Origin: Halodesulfurarchaeum sp.
GTDB taxonomy: Archaea > Halobacteriota > Halobacteria > Halobacteriales > Halobacteriaceae
Assembly (NCBI GenBank): GCA_034520565.1
Contig: JAXHNL010000002.1
Coordinates: forward strand, 192,001 to 256,000
Length of the DNA: 64,000 nucleotides
Direction: 5' to 3'
Shown here: in pieces, positions 39,788 through 48,288 of the stretch
Numbering within the stretch: position 1 is the stretch's first letter
Layout: every line of letters begins with the position of its first letter
The notes under the pieces: generated by a model
Database searches by the model: none
Told to the model about the DNA's origin: nothing
What the model saw: the letters and a program-made list of their open reading frames with translations, nothing else
Translations under genes and position numbers: made by a program

Positions 39788-40291
39788 ATGAAATCGAAGG
39801 ACCGGTTCGATCTCGATGCGAGCACCGTGGCGTTTAGTGCCGTGATCGGAGCCGCCGTCGCCGTCGCGACGCTGTTCACGAGGATCCCCGTCGGCATCGG
39901 GTATCTCAACTTCGGAGAGGTGTTCATCTACACCGGCGCCTTCCTGTTCGGCGGAACCGTCGGCGGCCTCGCGGGCGGAATCGGAGCGGCCGCGGCCGAC
40001 GTCATTTCCGGATACGTCTTTTTCGCGCCCGTGACGCTCGTCGCGAAAGGGATCGAGGGCTACGTCGTGGGAGAAGTGGCCGGAGACTCGCTGCGAAGCA
40101 AGGCGATTGCGGTCGCGCTCGGCGCACCGTTCATGATCGTCGCGTACGTCCTCGCCGTGGCCTATCTGGAGGGACTCCCCCTGGCACTCGCCAAGGAACT
40201 CCCGGTTGACATCCTCCAGGCCGTCGTCGGCTTTGCCATCGCGGTCCCACTCTCGAAGCTTCTCGAGGATCGGGTCCCCGAACTCAGATGA
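39788..40291 (+). CDS. ECF transporter S component
   Basis: Small hydrophobic protein, RIP..GYLNFGE, GG.AGGIGAAAAD, KGIEG; GGAGGT RBS; first gene of the ECF operon. Confidence 0.85.
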   Translation: MKSKDRFDLDASTVAFSAVIGAAVAVATLFTRIPVGIGYLNFGEVFIYTGAFLFGGTVGGLAGGIGAAAADVISGYVFFAPVTLVAKGIEGYVVGEVAGDSLRSKAIAVALGAPFMIVAYVLAVAYLEGLPLALAKELPVDILQAVVGFAIAVPLSKLLEDRVPELR

Positions 40292-41034
40292 GCTTGCTCG
40301 CTGTCGAGGGATTGACCGTCCGCGCGAGGGACGAAACGACGCTGTTGGACGACGTTTCGCTCTCGATCGATGCCGAGGAGACTGTCCTGCTTGCGGGACC
40401 ATCGGGGAGTGGAAAAACCCTCCTCGGAAAAGCGATTGCCGGACTGCTCTCTCCGGTATCGACGGTCTCGGTGGACGGGACCGTCCACAGGGAGGGGACA
40501 GTCGGAATGTGCTTCCAGGACCCCCGGACCCAGTTGGTCAGGGAACGCGTCCGGTCGGACGTGGCCTTCGGACTCGAAAACCGGGGCGTCGCGCCGGCCG
40601 AAATCCACGACCGAATCGACGACTGGGCCGATCGTCTGGACGCCGTTCACCTGCTCGATCGCGAAATCACCGCCCTCTCCCGCGGTGAAACCACGCTCGT
40701 CGCCCTGCTGGGAACGCTCGTCACCGAGCCGGACCTCGTGGTGCTGGACGAACCGCTGGCCGCACTCGACGCCCGGAACCGCCGACTGGTGCTCGATGCG
40801 ATCGAGGAACTGCACGGGGAAACCGCCCTCTTCGTCGCCGAACACGACGCGAAACCCGTACTCGAGCTCGCCGACCGGGCGATCCTGCTCGAGGAGGGGG
40901 AGATCGGAGCGAACGGTTCCCCACGAGCGGTCGTCGGCTCGCTCCACGAGGCAGGGATCGAAGTACCATTCGCGACCGCCGTCGCGTTGGCCCGAGGGGA
41001 CCCGGCTGAATCCGTCCCGCTCTCCGGAGGCTAA
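40288..41034 (+). CDS. ECF transporter ATPase (A component)
   Basis: GPSGSGKT, FQDP, VAFGLEN, degenerate signature LSRGE, LDEP. Confidence 0.88.
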   Translation: MSLLAVEGLTVRARDETTLLDDVSLSIDAEETVLLAGPSGSGKTLLGKAIAGLLSPVSTVSVDGTVHREGTVGMCFQDPRTQLVRERVRSDVAFGLENRGVAPAEIHDRIDDWADRLDAVHLLDREITALSRGETTLVALLGTLVTEPDLVVLDEPLAALDARNRRLVLDAIEELHGETALFVAEHDAKPVLELADRAILLEEGEIGANGSPRAVVGSLHEAGIEVPFATAVALARGDPAESVPLSGG

Positions 41035-41037
41035 CCC

Positions 41038-41805
41038 GTGATCGACATCACCGGCCTGTCCTTCGCGTTCGACGACGGTACCCAGGTCTTCGAAGACCTC
41101 TCTATGACTGTCGAGACCGGCGGAATCGTCGCCGTCCTCGGGGCCAACGGAACGGGCAAGACGACGCTCCTGCGGTTGCTCGCTGGCCTGCTCGAGCCGG
41201 CTACCGGCACGATCGAGATCGACGACCGGACGGAGCCGGTCGTCGGCCTCGCACCGGAGACGCCGGCGGACGGGCTCTTCTCCCCGACCGTCGCAGCGGA
41301 AGTCGCTTTCTTTCCTGAGAACCGGGGCTTGCCGGTCGAAGCGCAGGTGAAAGCGGCCATGGAGCAACTCGGCATCGAGCAACTCGCCGACCGGGACCCA
41401 TACTCGCTCTCGGAGGGCGAGAAACGACTCGTGACGATCGCCGCCGTCCTCGCGGGCGATCCCGACGTCGTCGGCCTCGACGAACCCACGAGCGGCCTCG
41501 ACCGAAGGGCCAGGACGCGTCTCGGAAAGCGACTCGCCGACCTCGATCACACCGTCCTCGTGGTCACACACGACACCGACTTCGCGTGGCGGTACGCCGA
41601 CCGGGCGGTCGTCCTCGCAGACGGCGGTCTTCGTCGACAGGGGCCGGTCGAGTCAGTCCTTGCGGACCCCGACTTCGACCTCGGAGCCCTCGGCCTCGAA
41701 ACGCCACAGGCGGTAGCGTGGGCCCGCGAACGGGGTATCGATCCACCGCCGCGAACCGTTGCCGAAGCCGTCGACCGACTGGGAGGAACGGAGGACAAAC
41801 AATGA
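41038..41805 (+). CDS. ECF transporter ATPase (A' component)
   Basis: GANGTGKTT, LSEGEKR, LDEPT, VTHD. Confidence 0.88.
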   Translation: MIDITGLSFAFDDGTQVFEDLSMTVETGGIVAVLGANGTGKTTLLRLLAGLLEPATGTIEIDDRTEPVVGLAPETPADGLFSPTVAAEVAFFPENRGLPVEAQVKAAMEQLGIEQLADRDPYSLSEGEKRLVTIAAVLAGDPDVVGLDEPTSGLDRRARTRLGKRLADLDHTVLVVTHDTDFAWRYADRAVVLADGGLRRQGPVESVLADPDFDLGALGLETPQAVAWARERGIDPPPRTVAEAVDRLGGTEDKQ

Positions 41806-42545
41806 CGGGAGCGCCGCGCTTCGATCCACGAGCCAAACTTGCCCTCACCATCGGCTTCGTCCTCGCGGCGCTCCTGACCGGATCGATTCGGGGCCAGCTG
41901 GTTCTGCTCGGGTTGTTCGTCGTTGTCGTCGCGGTCCTCGGCGACGTTTCCCTCCGTGAGTGGGCTAGTGCCCTCGCCCCGCTCTCCGTTCTCGTGCTGC
42001 TCATCCTCGTGCTCAACTCGGTCTTCTACGCGTCGGGACCGGCCTGGGTCTCGGTGCCGATCGGCCCCGTCGAGCTCTCGCTTACCCCCGGGGGCGTCGA
42101 AACGGCCGTGTTGATCGCAGTTCGGCTCGTGCTCGTTGCCGGGGCGGCAGCCTGGTTCGCCCTGGGGACCGAGACCGAGCGGTTCGAGGCGGCACTCGGC
42201 GAACTCGGGGTCCCGTGGTCCGTCGCCTTTCTCCTGTCGCTCACGGTCGGACTCGTTCCGGAACTCCGGCGACGCTTCCGCCGGATCGAGGACGCCCAGC
42301 GGAGCCGAGGCCTCGATCTTTCGGGCGGTCCGATCACCCGCACGCGGGCCCGCATTCCAATGCTCGTCCCGTTTTTCGTGGCGACGATCCGATACGGATA
42401 CGAACTCTCGACGGCCCTGACGGCTCGTGGCTTCGACGAGCCGGGCCCGCGAACCTCGATCACGACGGTCGAGCACGGGTCGGCCGATCTGGTCCTGTAT
42501 TTCCTCGCTGTCGCCGTGGTGGTCGGGGCCGTCGTGCTACTGTGA
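41802..42545 (+). CDS. ECF transporter transmembrane T component
   Basis: DPRAKL, AQRSRG and ALTARGF coupling motifs; ATG 41802. Confidence 0.88.
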   Translation: MTGAPRFDPRAKLALTIGFVLAALLTGSIRGQLVLLGLFVVVVAVLGDVSLREWASALAPLSVLVLLILVLNSVFYASGPAWVSVPIGPVELSLTPGGVETAVLIAVRLVLVAGAAAWFALGTETERFEAALGELGVPWSVAFLLSLTVGLVPELRRRFRRIEDAQRSRGLDLSGGPITRTRARIPMLVPFFVATIRYGYELSTALTARGFDEPGPRTSITTVEHGSADLVLYFLAVAVVVGAVVLL

Positions 42546-42556
42546 GTGGACCCCAG

Positions 42557-43939
42557 CTAGATGGAACGCTCGTCGACCGACGCCGCCGCGTCCCGAAATG
42601 CCGCTTCCATGACTTTCGAGAGCGTGGGGTGGGCGTGGATCGCCTCGGCAACGTCCCACACGGTTCCGTTGCCGTTCCGCATCGCGATCACGGCCTCGTG
42701 GATCAGCGTCGAGGCCTCGTGGCCGAGCACGTGAACGCCCAGAATCTCGCCGTCCGGGGCGGCGAGGACCTTCGCAAGGCCCGTCAGTCCTTTCGCTCTC
42801 CCCATCGCGGTCTCCTCGAACCGTGCCCGACCCACGACGAAGTCCACTCCTTCGCTCTCGAGGGCTTGCTGGGTCGCCCCGACGCCGCCGATCTGCGGTT
42901 CGGCAAAAATGGCATGTGGCATGGCGATGTAGTCGACCGGCTCGCGCACGTCGTGGACGATGGCGTCGATCGCGTGCCTGGTCTCAAAGTCCCCGGCGTG
43001 TTTGAACTGGAATTTGCCGGCGACGTCGCCCTGGGCCCAGACGTTCTCGACGGTCGTTTCGAGGGATTCGTTCGTCTGGATAAACCCGTGGGTGTCGGTC
43101 TCGATGGCGGTGTGCTCCAGCCCGAGGTCGTCGGTGTTGGGCCGCCGACCGACGGCGAGGAGGAGGTCTGTCCCGGAGACAGTCGTCTCTTCGCCCGCCT
43201 CGCTTTCGGCGTGGACGGCCACGCCCGACTCGGTCGGTTCGACCGCAGTTCCTCGATACCCGGTCAGGACGGTGTGGCGCTCCTCGGCAATGCCCGTGAA
43301 TTCAGTCGCGATCTCCCGGTCCTCCCGGTCGAGGAGGATCTCGCCGGAGTGCATGATCGTGACCTCGGTCCCCATCAGCTCGAAGAAGTACCCCAACTCC
43401 GCGCCGATGTAGCCCCCGCCGACAATGACGAGACTCTCGGGCTGTTCCTCGAGGGCGATGGCGTCGTCGCTCGTGAGGAAGGAGACGCCTTCAAGGCCGG
43501 CGATCGGCGGGATCACGGGCCGGCTTCCGGTCGCGATGAGGATCCGGTCGCCCCGATAGGTCTCCCCACCAGCCTCGATCGTCCGGTCGTCGACGAAGCG
43601 AGCGTGCTCTTTGACGAGTGTGAGGTGATCCTGTTCGCGAAAGCCACGCTCCATCCCCTCGGCGATGTCGGCGAGAGTCGAGTTCACCGATTGGACGATT
43701 CCCTCGTAGTCCACGTTTTCGACCGTGGCGTCGATGCCGAACTGCCCGGCAGAGTCGATAGTATCGAGAATCGTCGCCCGGTGAATGAGCATTTTCGATG
43801 GATTGCAGCCGCGATTGAGACAGGTCCCGCCGAGTGGGCCCTTCTCGACGAGGACCGTCTCCAGTCCGGCCTCCGCCGCGGCTTCGGCGACGGAGTTGCC
43901 CGTTCCGCCACCGATGACGATCACGTCGACGTCGTGCAT
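42557..43939 (-). CDS. Pyridine nucleotide-disulfide oxidoreductase class I (dihydrolipoamide dehydrogenase/mycothione reductase-like)
   Basis: GGGTG, GGTCLNRGCNPSK redox disulfide, GGGYIG, C-terminal HAHPTLSK; ATG 43939. Confidence 0.88.
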   Translation of the reverse strand: MHDVDVIVIGGGTGNSVAEAAAEAGLETVLVEKGPLGGTCLNRGCNPSKMLIHRATILDTIDSAGQFGIDATVENVDYEGIVQSVNSTLADIAEGMERGFREQDHLTLVKEHARFVDDRTIEAGGETYRGDRILIATGSRPVIPPIAGLEGVSFLTSDDAIALEEQPESLVIVGGGYIGAELGYFFELMGTEVTIMHSGEILLDREDREIATEFTGIAEERHTVLTGYRGTAVEPTESGVAVHAESEAGEETTVSGTDLLLAVGRRPNTDDLGLEHTAIETDTHGFIQTNESLETTVENVWAQGDVAGKFQFKHAGDFETRHAIDAIVHDVREPVDYIAMPHAIFAEPQIGGVGATQQALESEGVDFVVGRARFEETAMGRAKGLTGLAKVLAAPDGEILGVHVLGHEASTLIHEAVIAMRNGNGTVWDVAEAIHAHPTLSKVMEAAFRDAAASVDERSI

Positions 43940-44222
43940 AGGGGGAGCAAGCGGGCCGGTGGTAAATAGACGGTGGGAGAAGGATGCCGCAGGAAGCGTG
44001 AGACTCGCGTCCGTTCGGGACAACCGGGGGACTCCGTCTCGATGAAGCGGAACCGGGACCATCGATTGCGATGGCCCGTCACGTCCTGGCCGAACCGGGC
44101 GCTCCCGAATCACCATCGGTGCGATAATCGGAACGGTGATCCGCTTTTGAAAAGCATCGTTCGGCTCCCAGAATATCGGCATGACCATTGTAATACATTA
44201 GCATGGGAGTGCTACGAAGCGT

Positions 44223-44450
44223 ATGGACTGCCCGCGCTGTGGCACACAGCTCACCGAAATATCAATTGAGGACGACGGGAGAGCGGTCTACTGTGAGGAG
44301 TGCAGTTTCGCCGACATCGAATCGAAACACACCCCAACTCCCGAATCCGAGGAAACGTGGGAGGATGCGTTCAGGCGGTTTTACGGGGAAAATCGGGAAG
44401 AACCCATCAAGGAGCCTGGACAAGCCCAATCCCAGTCGACGGAGAACTAG
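44223..44450 (+). CDS. Small CPxCG-type zinc-finger protein
   Basis: MDCPRCG...YCEECSF; 75 aa, acidic. Confidence 0.75.
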   Translation: MDCPRCGTQLTEISIEDDGRAVYCEECSFADIESKHTPTPESEETWEDAFRRFYGENREEPIKEPGQAQSQSTEN

Positions 44451-44510
44451 CGCAAAACGGACCTAGAGTACCGGAGTGTCCCCATCAGTCGTCGGAGTCC
44501 GAAACGTCAG

Positions 44511-45545
44511 TTACTCCTCCGTTTCGGGCTCTTCGTCCGCTACTGGTTCTTCGGTTTCCGCTTCAGCAGTTTCCTCCTCGGACCTCGCAGCCACGAGTGC
44601 GCCCCGTGCGACGCTATACATCGGATCACTAACATTTCGGACATCGCTGATAGAGAACGGGAACTCGGCATTTTCGATGTGGTCAGCGAACAGTTCTTTG
44701 AAGCCTTCCGGGCTCGACGTTCCCCCGGTGACCACGACGGGGATGTCCAGCCCCTCTTCGACGTCCTCTTCGTCGACTTCCCTGCTAATGTTCTCGATGA
44801 CGTAATCGAGGAGGTTCTCATAATAGATGGACAGTGCTCCTTCGACGCCACCGACATCCGTCGTGAAATCCAGCGTGAAGTCGTCTTCCTTGATGGACGT
44901 GACCTTGTCCACCGGTTTGCCCGTCGCCTGGGCACTCTGTTTGTCAATCCAATCTCCACCTCGTGCAATAGAGAACTTCATGACGGGGACCGCATAGTAC
45001 GCGAGACATACGTTCGTCATTCCCGCACCGAACGAAATTCCAAGTCCGGTGAAATTATTGTCCGCGAGTTCGCTATAAATGACCGCCATCCCTTCGTTTA
45101 TCGGTTCGGGGTCATAGCCGAGGTTCGACAACATCGACTCCATCGTCTTCTGGTGGTACAGCGTCGTAAGTTCGGAGTCGATTGGATCCGCCGGGGAGGC
45201 GAAGAAAATCTTCTCATTCGGGGCCGGGTCCCCAACAACCTGTTCGGTGATCAGTTTGATCATCGGGATGGCCGAGGCCTCCTCGCTCGAGAGAATCCCG
45301 TGTTCCATCGGCCGCCTCGTTTCTTTGTTGAATATATTCGCGAAATTGAGCGCGTCGTCGCCGACGACGTATACTTTGTCGTCCTTCCGGATGTGGAGGA
45401 CTTCGCTCCTCGAGAGCATCTGCTCGGCCATATCGCTGTACTCGATTTCGACGAACGAGTTGCGCTGCTGTACGAATTTCGTCCTGCCATTCTGGGGCGT
45501 GGAGGAGATAATGTTCATCGTGCCGACGTCAAGACCCTTTGCCAT
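44511..45545 (-). CDS. volA: Volactin-type actin homolog (haloarchaeal cell-shape protein)
   Basis: Actin-fold motifs GLDVGTMN (phosphate 1), SFGAGMT (phosphate 2), VTGGTS (adenosine); N-terminus matches my recollection of haloarchaeal volactin. Confidence 0.8.
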   Translation of the reverse strand: MAKGLDVGTMNIISSTPQNGRTKFVQQRNSFVEIEYSDMAEQMLSRSEVLHIRKDDKVYVVGDDALNFANIFNKETRRPMEHGILSSEEASAIPMIKLITEQVVGDPAPNEKIFFASPADPIDSELTTLYHQKTMESMLSNLGYDPEPINEGMAVIYSELADNNFTGLGISFGAGMTNVCLAYYAVPVMKFSIARGGDWIDKQSAQATGKPVDKVTSIKEDDFTLDFTTDVGGVEGALSIYYENLLDYVIENISREVDEEDVEEGLDIPVVVTGGTSSPEGFKELFADHIENAEFPFSISDVRNVSDPMYSVARGALVAARSEEETAEAETEEPVADEEPETEE

Positions 45546-45727
45546 AGGGGCTACTTCTCAGCAAGATGTTAAAAATCTTCACACGTTTTTGCGGATGCAA
45601 AATGGATTATTTCGAGAGGACTTGCATATTGGTTGCACGGATGAACGAGGTCATATTTTACTTCGAGCGATTCCAAGAACGTGAATGGGGGCGAAGTTAT
45701 TTGAGTTTTGTCGCGGACTGTATAGAT

Positions 45728-46615
45728 ATGAGCCAAGAAAGGGACGAATCGTTTTTCGAGGATTTATATCGGGAATATATCGGTCCCGTATCAGAAAGCC
45801 AATCTGTTTTCGCGGGGTTCGGACTCTTCTTTACTGGAGTCGGATTAGTCGTCGTCTCGATTCTCGCGTTCCTCTGGAGTACCGCGATTCCACAGGGTGA
45901 AGTATTCAAATATGTACTCCGAGAACTCGCTGTGGCCACCGGTGCTTCCGGAATTCCAATCGCATTGCTCGGGGTCACGGTTTTGCTTCCCGTCTCCCGT
46001 CGAATCGCCGCGATCGGTGTCGTCGGGGTGACGACGACACTCATTGCGACAGTTCGATTTATCCAGGTGTACCCGCAAGCGTGGTATTCCAATAGTTCCC
46101 TCACGGTCGGCCTCTATGCGCTGGGCGGAGTTGTCGTGATAGCAACAACAGGAACGGCACTGTCGAGTTATCAGGCCGAACGGAGAGGCCAACGGATCGC
46201 TCAACGCCACCTCGACCGAGCGGAGCAGGCACCGACAGCGACCGATACAACAGTCACGAGAGAAGCGGTTGAGCGGGACATTGAGGAAGCGATGGAGGGG
46301 GTCGAGTTGAGTTGGGGCGGAGTGAAACGTGACGTGAACCGCGACCTCACGTTGCGGGAAACGGAACTAGATGGGGAATTGAGGGAAAATATGCGAAACG
46401 CCGGGATCAAGGAAACCGAAGGTGGTGGTGTAGACAGTGCGGTAAAAGGGCTCAAAAACCTCCGCGGCGGCGAAAAGAAGACAGCAAGCGGGTCGGGAAC
46501 GTCCGCTCAAACGAGCGCTTTGGCGGAGTTGCGGGCCACCCAAAAGCAGGAACCGGTCCGTGAGACGGGGCTTCTGGCCAGATTCGTCGCCTGGCTTCGG
46601 TCAATCGTCCGGTAA
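45728..46615 (+). CDS. Haloarchaeal membrane protein (DUF7139/CdpA-N-like), 4 TM plus soluble tail
   Basis: DLYREYIG..FAGFGLFF, YPQAW, LSWGG; amphipathic C-terminus GLLARFVAWLRSIVR; family name from memory. Confidence 0.6.
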   Translation: MSQERDESFFEDLYREYIGPVSESQSVFAGFGLFFTGVGLVVVSILAFLWSTAIPQGEVFKYVLRELAVATGASGIPIALLGVTVLLPVSRRIAAIGVVGVTTTLIATVRFIQVYPQAWYSNSSLTVGLYALGGVVVIATTGTALSSYQAERRGQRIAQRHLDRAEQAPTATDTTVTREAVERDIEEAMEGVELSWGGVKRDVNRDLTLRETELDGELRENMRNAGIKETEGGGVDSAVKGLKNLRGGEKKTASGSGTSAQTSALAELRATQKQEPVRETGLLARFVAWLRSIVR

Positions 46616-46837
46616 CGGCCGGTCTCGGACTGGCAATCCGACTCGGAAGAATTCAAACCCGTCCGGACTACATTTTCTCCCGGTTGTCGGGGGAAGAGCC
46701 GTCCCACGTCCGGGCCATGGTTTGAACGCGCCCAAACGATAGATCACTGTGTCTGCGGTGGACCTCGTCAGCTCGAATCTTCTCGGAGTTTCGGCGACGC
46801 GAACCGTTCTGTCGCTCCCGGTGTCGCACAGCAGAAA

Positions 46838-47037
46838 CGTTCTGACGGAGTTCCACGCGGGCGGACGCGAGCGTGGAGCAAGTCAGGACCCACGAGTGAG
46901 CAAAGCGATCGAATTGAGCGTCCTGGCGGAGTCCCCGGGAGCGGAGCGACCGGGGGCACGTCAGGACGTCATTCGACTCGCGACGAGCGACGGCGTCGCT
47001 CGTCGCGTGAGCGTGGAAGAATGACGTCCTGACGGAG
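46838..47037. repeat. Nested palindromic repeat array abutting the tRNA-Arg 3' end
   Basis: 16-bp IR 46959-46974/47019-47034, inner 13-bp IR 46979-47007, and three copies of CGT(C/T)CTG(A/G)CGGAG at 46838, 46919, 47025. Confidence 0.8.
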
Positions 47038-47097
47038 ATTTGAACTCCGGTCCCTGGCTCCGCAAGCCAGGAGGATGGTCCACTACCCTACCAGGAC
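47025..47097 (-). tRNA. tRNA-Arg(GCG)
   Basis: Cloverleaf with acceptor GTCCTGG/TCAGGAC, anticodon arm CTGGC-TTGCGGA-GCCAG, T arm CGGAG-TTCAAAT-CTCCG; CCA not encoded. Confidence 0.95.
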
Positions 47098-47193
47098 TCA
47101 CCCTCACTTTGCCCCACGCCGGTATATCCGTTACGGACCTGAGTTCCGACCCAAACGCTGGAATAGCCACCGGCCCTATCCCGGTCATCGACA

Positions 47194-47793
47194 ATGCCTG
47201 TCGACACGCGCGAGGACCCGACTGACGCACACCGCCACCTCCGGGCCGACGACCAGCTGGCAGCCCTCATCGACCGCCACGGCTATCTCGTCCTCCAGCC
47301 CGCTCCGGACCCGTTCCGCCGGCTCGTGAAAGCGATCGCCAGACAGCAGGTCTCGATGGCCTCGGCTGCGGCCACGTGGGAGCGGCTGACCGACGCCTTC
47401 GAGGTCACCCCGGCAGAAATAAAATCCACGGATCCGGCCGCGCTTCAGGACGTCGGGCTCTCGACTGCCAAAAGCGAGTACGTGAAAGCCGCCGCAGAAG
47501 CGTTCGCGGAGCGTGGCTGGTCCCGTGAGGCATTCGAGAACCTGTCCGACGAGGCCGTCATCGAGGAGGTGACCGAAGTCCGGGGGATCGGGCCGTGGAC
47601 CGCGAAGATGTTCCTCCAGTTCGGACTGGGACGCGAGGACGTCTTCCCGGTCGAGGACCTGGGCATTCGCAAGGCTATGCAGAGTCAGTACGGGATCGAG
47701 AGCCGCGGAGAAATGCGCGAGCGTGCCGCCGAATGGGCCCCCTATCGATCGATCGGATCGCTGTACCTCTGGCGAGTGGGCGACGGCACGTGA
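47194..47793 (+). CDS. alkA: DNA-3-methyladenine glycosylase II (HhH-GPD)
   Basis: IARQQVS, VRGIGPWTA, FPVEDLG, WAPYRS. Confidence 0.9.
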   Translation: MPVDTREDPTDAHRHLRADDQLAALIDRHGYLVLQPAPDPFRRLVKAIARQQVSMASAAATWERLTDAFEVTPAEIKSTDPAALQDVGLSTAKSEYVKAAAEAFAERGWSREAFENLSDEAVIEEVTEVRGIGPWTAKMFLQFGLGREDVFPVEDLGIRKAMQSQYGIESRGEMRERAAEWAPYRSIGSLYLWRVGDGT

Positions 47794-47824
47794 TAAAATG
47801 GGAACGTTTAGACCGCACTGAATC

Positions 47825-48238
47825 GTGGTGACGGACATGAGACGTCCGCGTTTCCGTGCGGCCGACGTGGCCCAGCAAGTGGTTGGGGGGCTGTTGTTGG
47901 CTGGCCCGTTCGTCGTCACGGAGGAGGTCTGGGTGCTCGCGGATCAGATGAGCCTTCTGCACACCCTGGTCGCCATAATTGCGGTCGTCGTGGTCGGCTA
48001 CAGCACGCTCTATAAGGCCGACAAGGACCGAGACGTGGAACGCGAGCGAAATTTTCTGGGGATTCCGCTCCGGTTCGTTTCCGTCCTTCTCGTTGCCGTC
48101 GGATCGGTGACGCTTTTGACGTTCGTCCTGGCCGCCCCGCAGACCTTCGGTGCGGATTCGATGACCACCCTCACCGCGATCAGCATCGGGTCGATCTTCT
48201 CGGTGATCGGCGCGGCGGCAGCGGACTCGCTCCTCTGA
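47825..48238 (+). CDS. DUF2391-like small membrane protein
   Basis: DVAQQVVGG.LLAGPFVVTEEVW, GIPLRF, GAAAADS. Confidence 0.75.
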   Translation: MVTDMRRPRFRAADVAQQVVGGLLLAGPFVVTEEVWVLADQMSLLHTLVAIIAVVVVGYSTLYKADKDRDVERERNFLGIPLRFVSVLLVAVGSVTLLTFVLAAPQTFGADSMTTLTAISIGSIFSVIGAAAADSLL

Positions 48239-48288
48239 GCGGGTCGAAGAAAAGGTTCAAGACCGAACGCGCGGCCTAGTTCAACTCA

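Noticed and set aside
42215-43969. Long antisense or alternate-frame ORFs (this 584-aa one, also 56251-58146, 56052-57755, 21829-23199 and others)
   Set aside because: Expected shadow ORFs of high-GC coding DNA; no recognisable motifs and they overlap well-supported genes
46620-47024. Possible CRISPR array or RNase P/SRP RNA
   Set aside because: Repeats are short, degenerate and irregularly spaced (81 and 106 bp); no cas genes; no RNase P or SRP consensus seen
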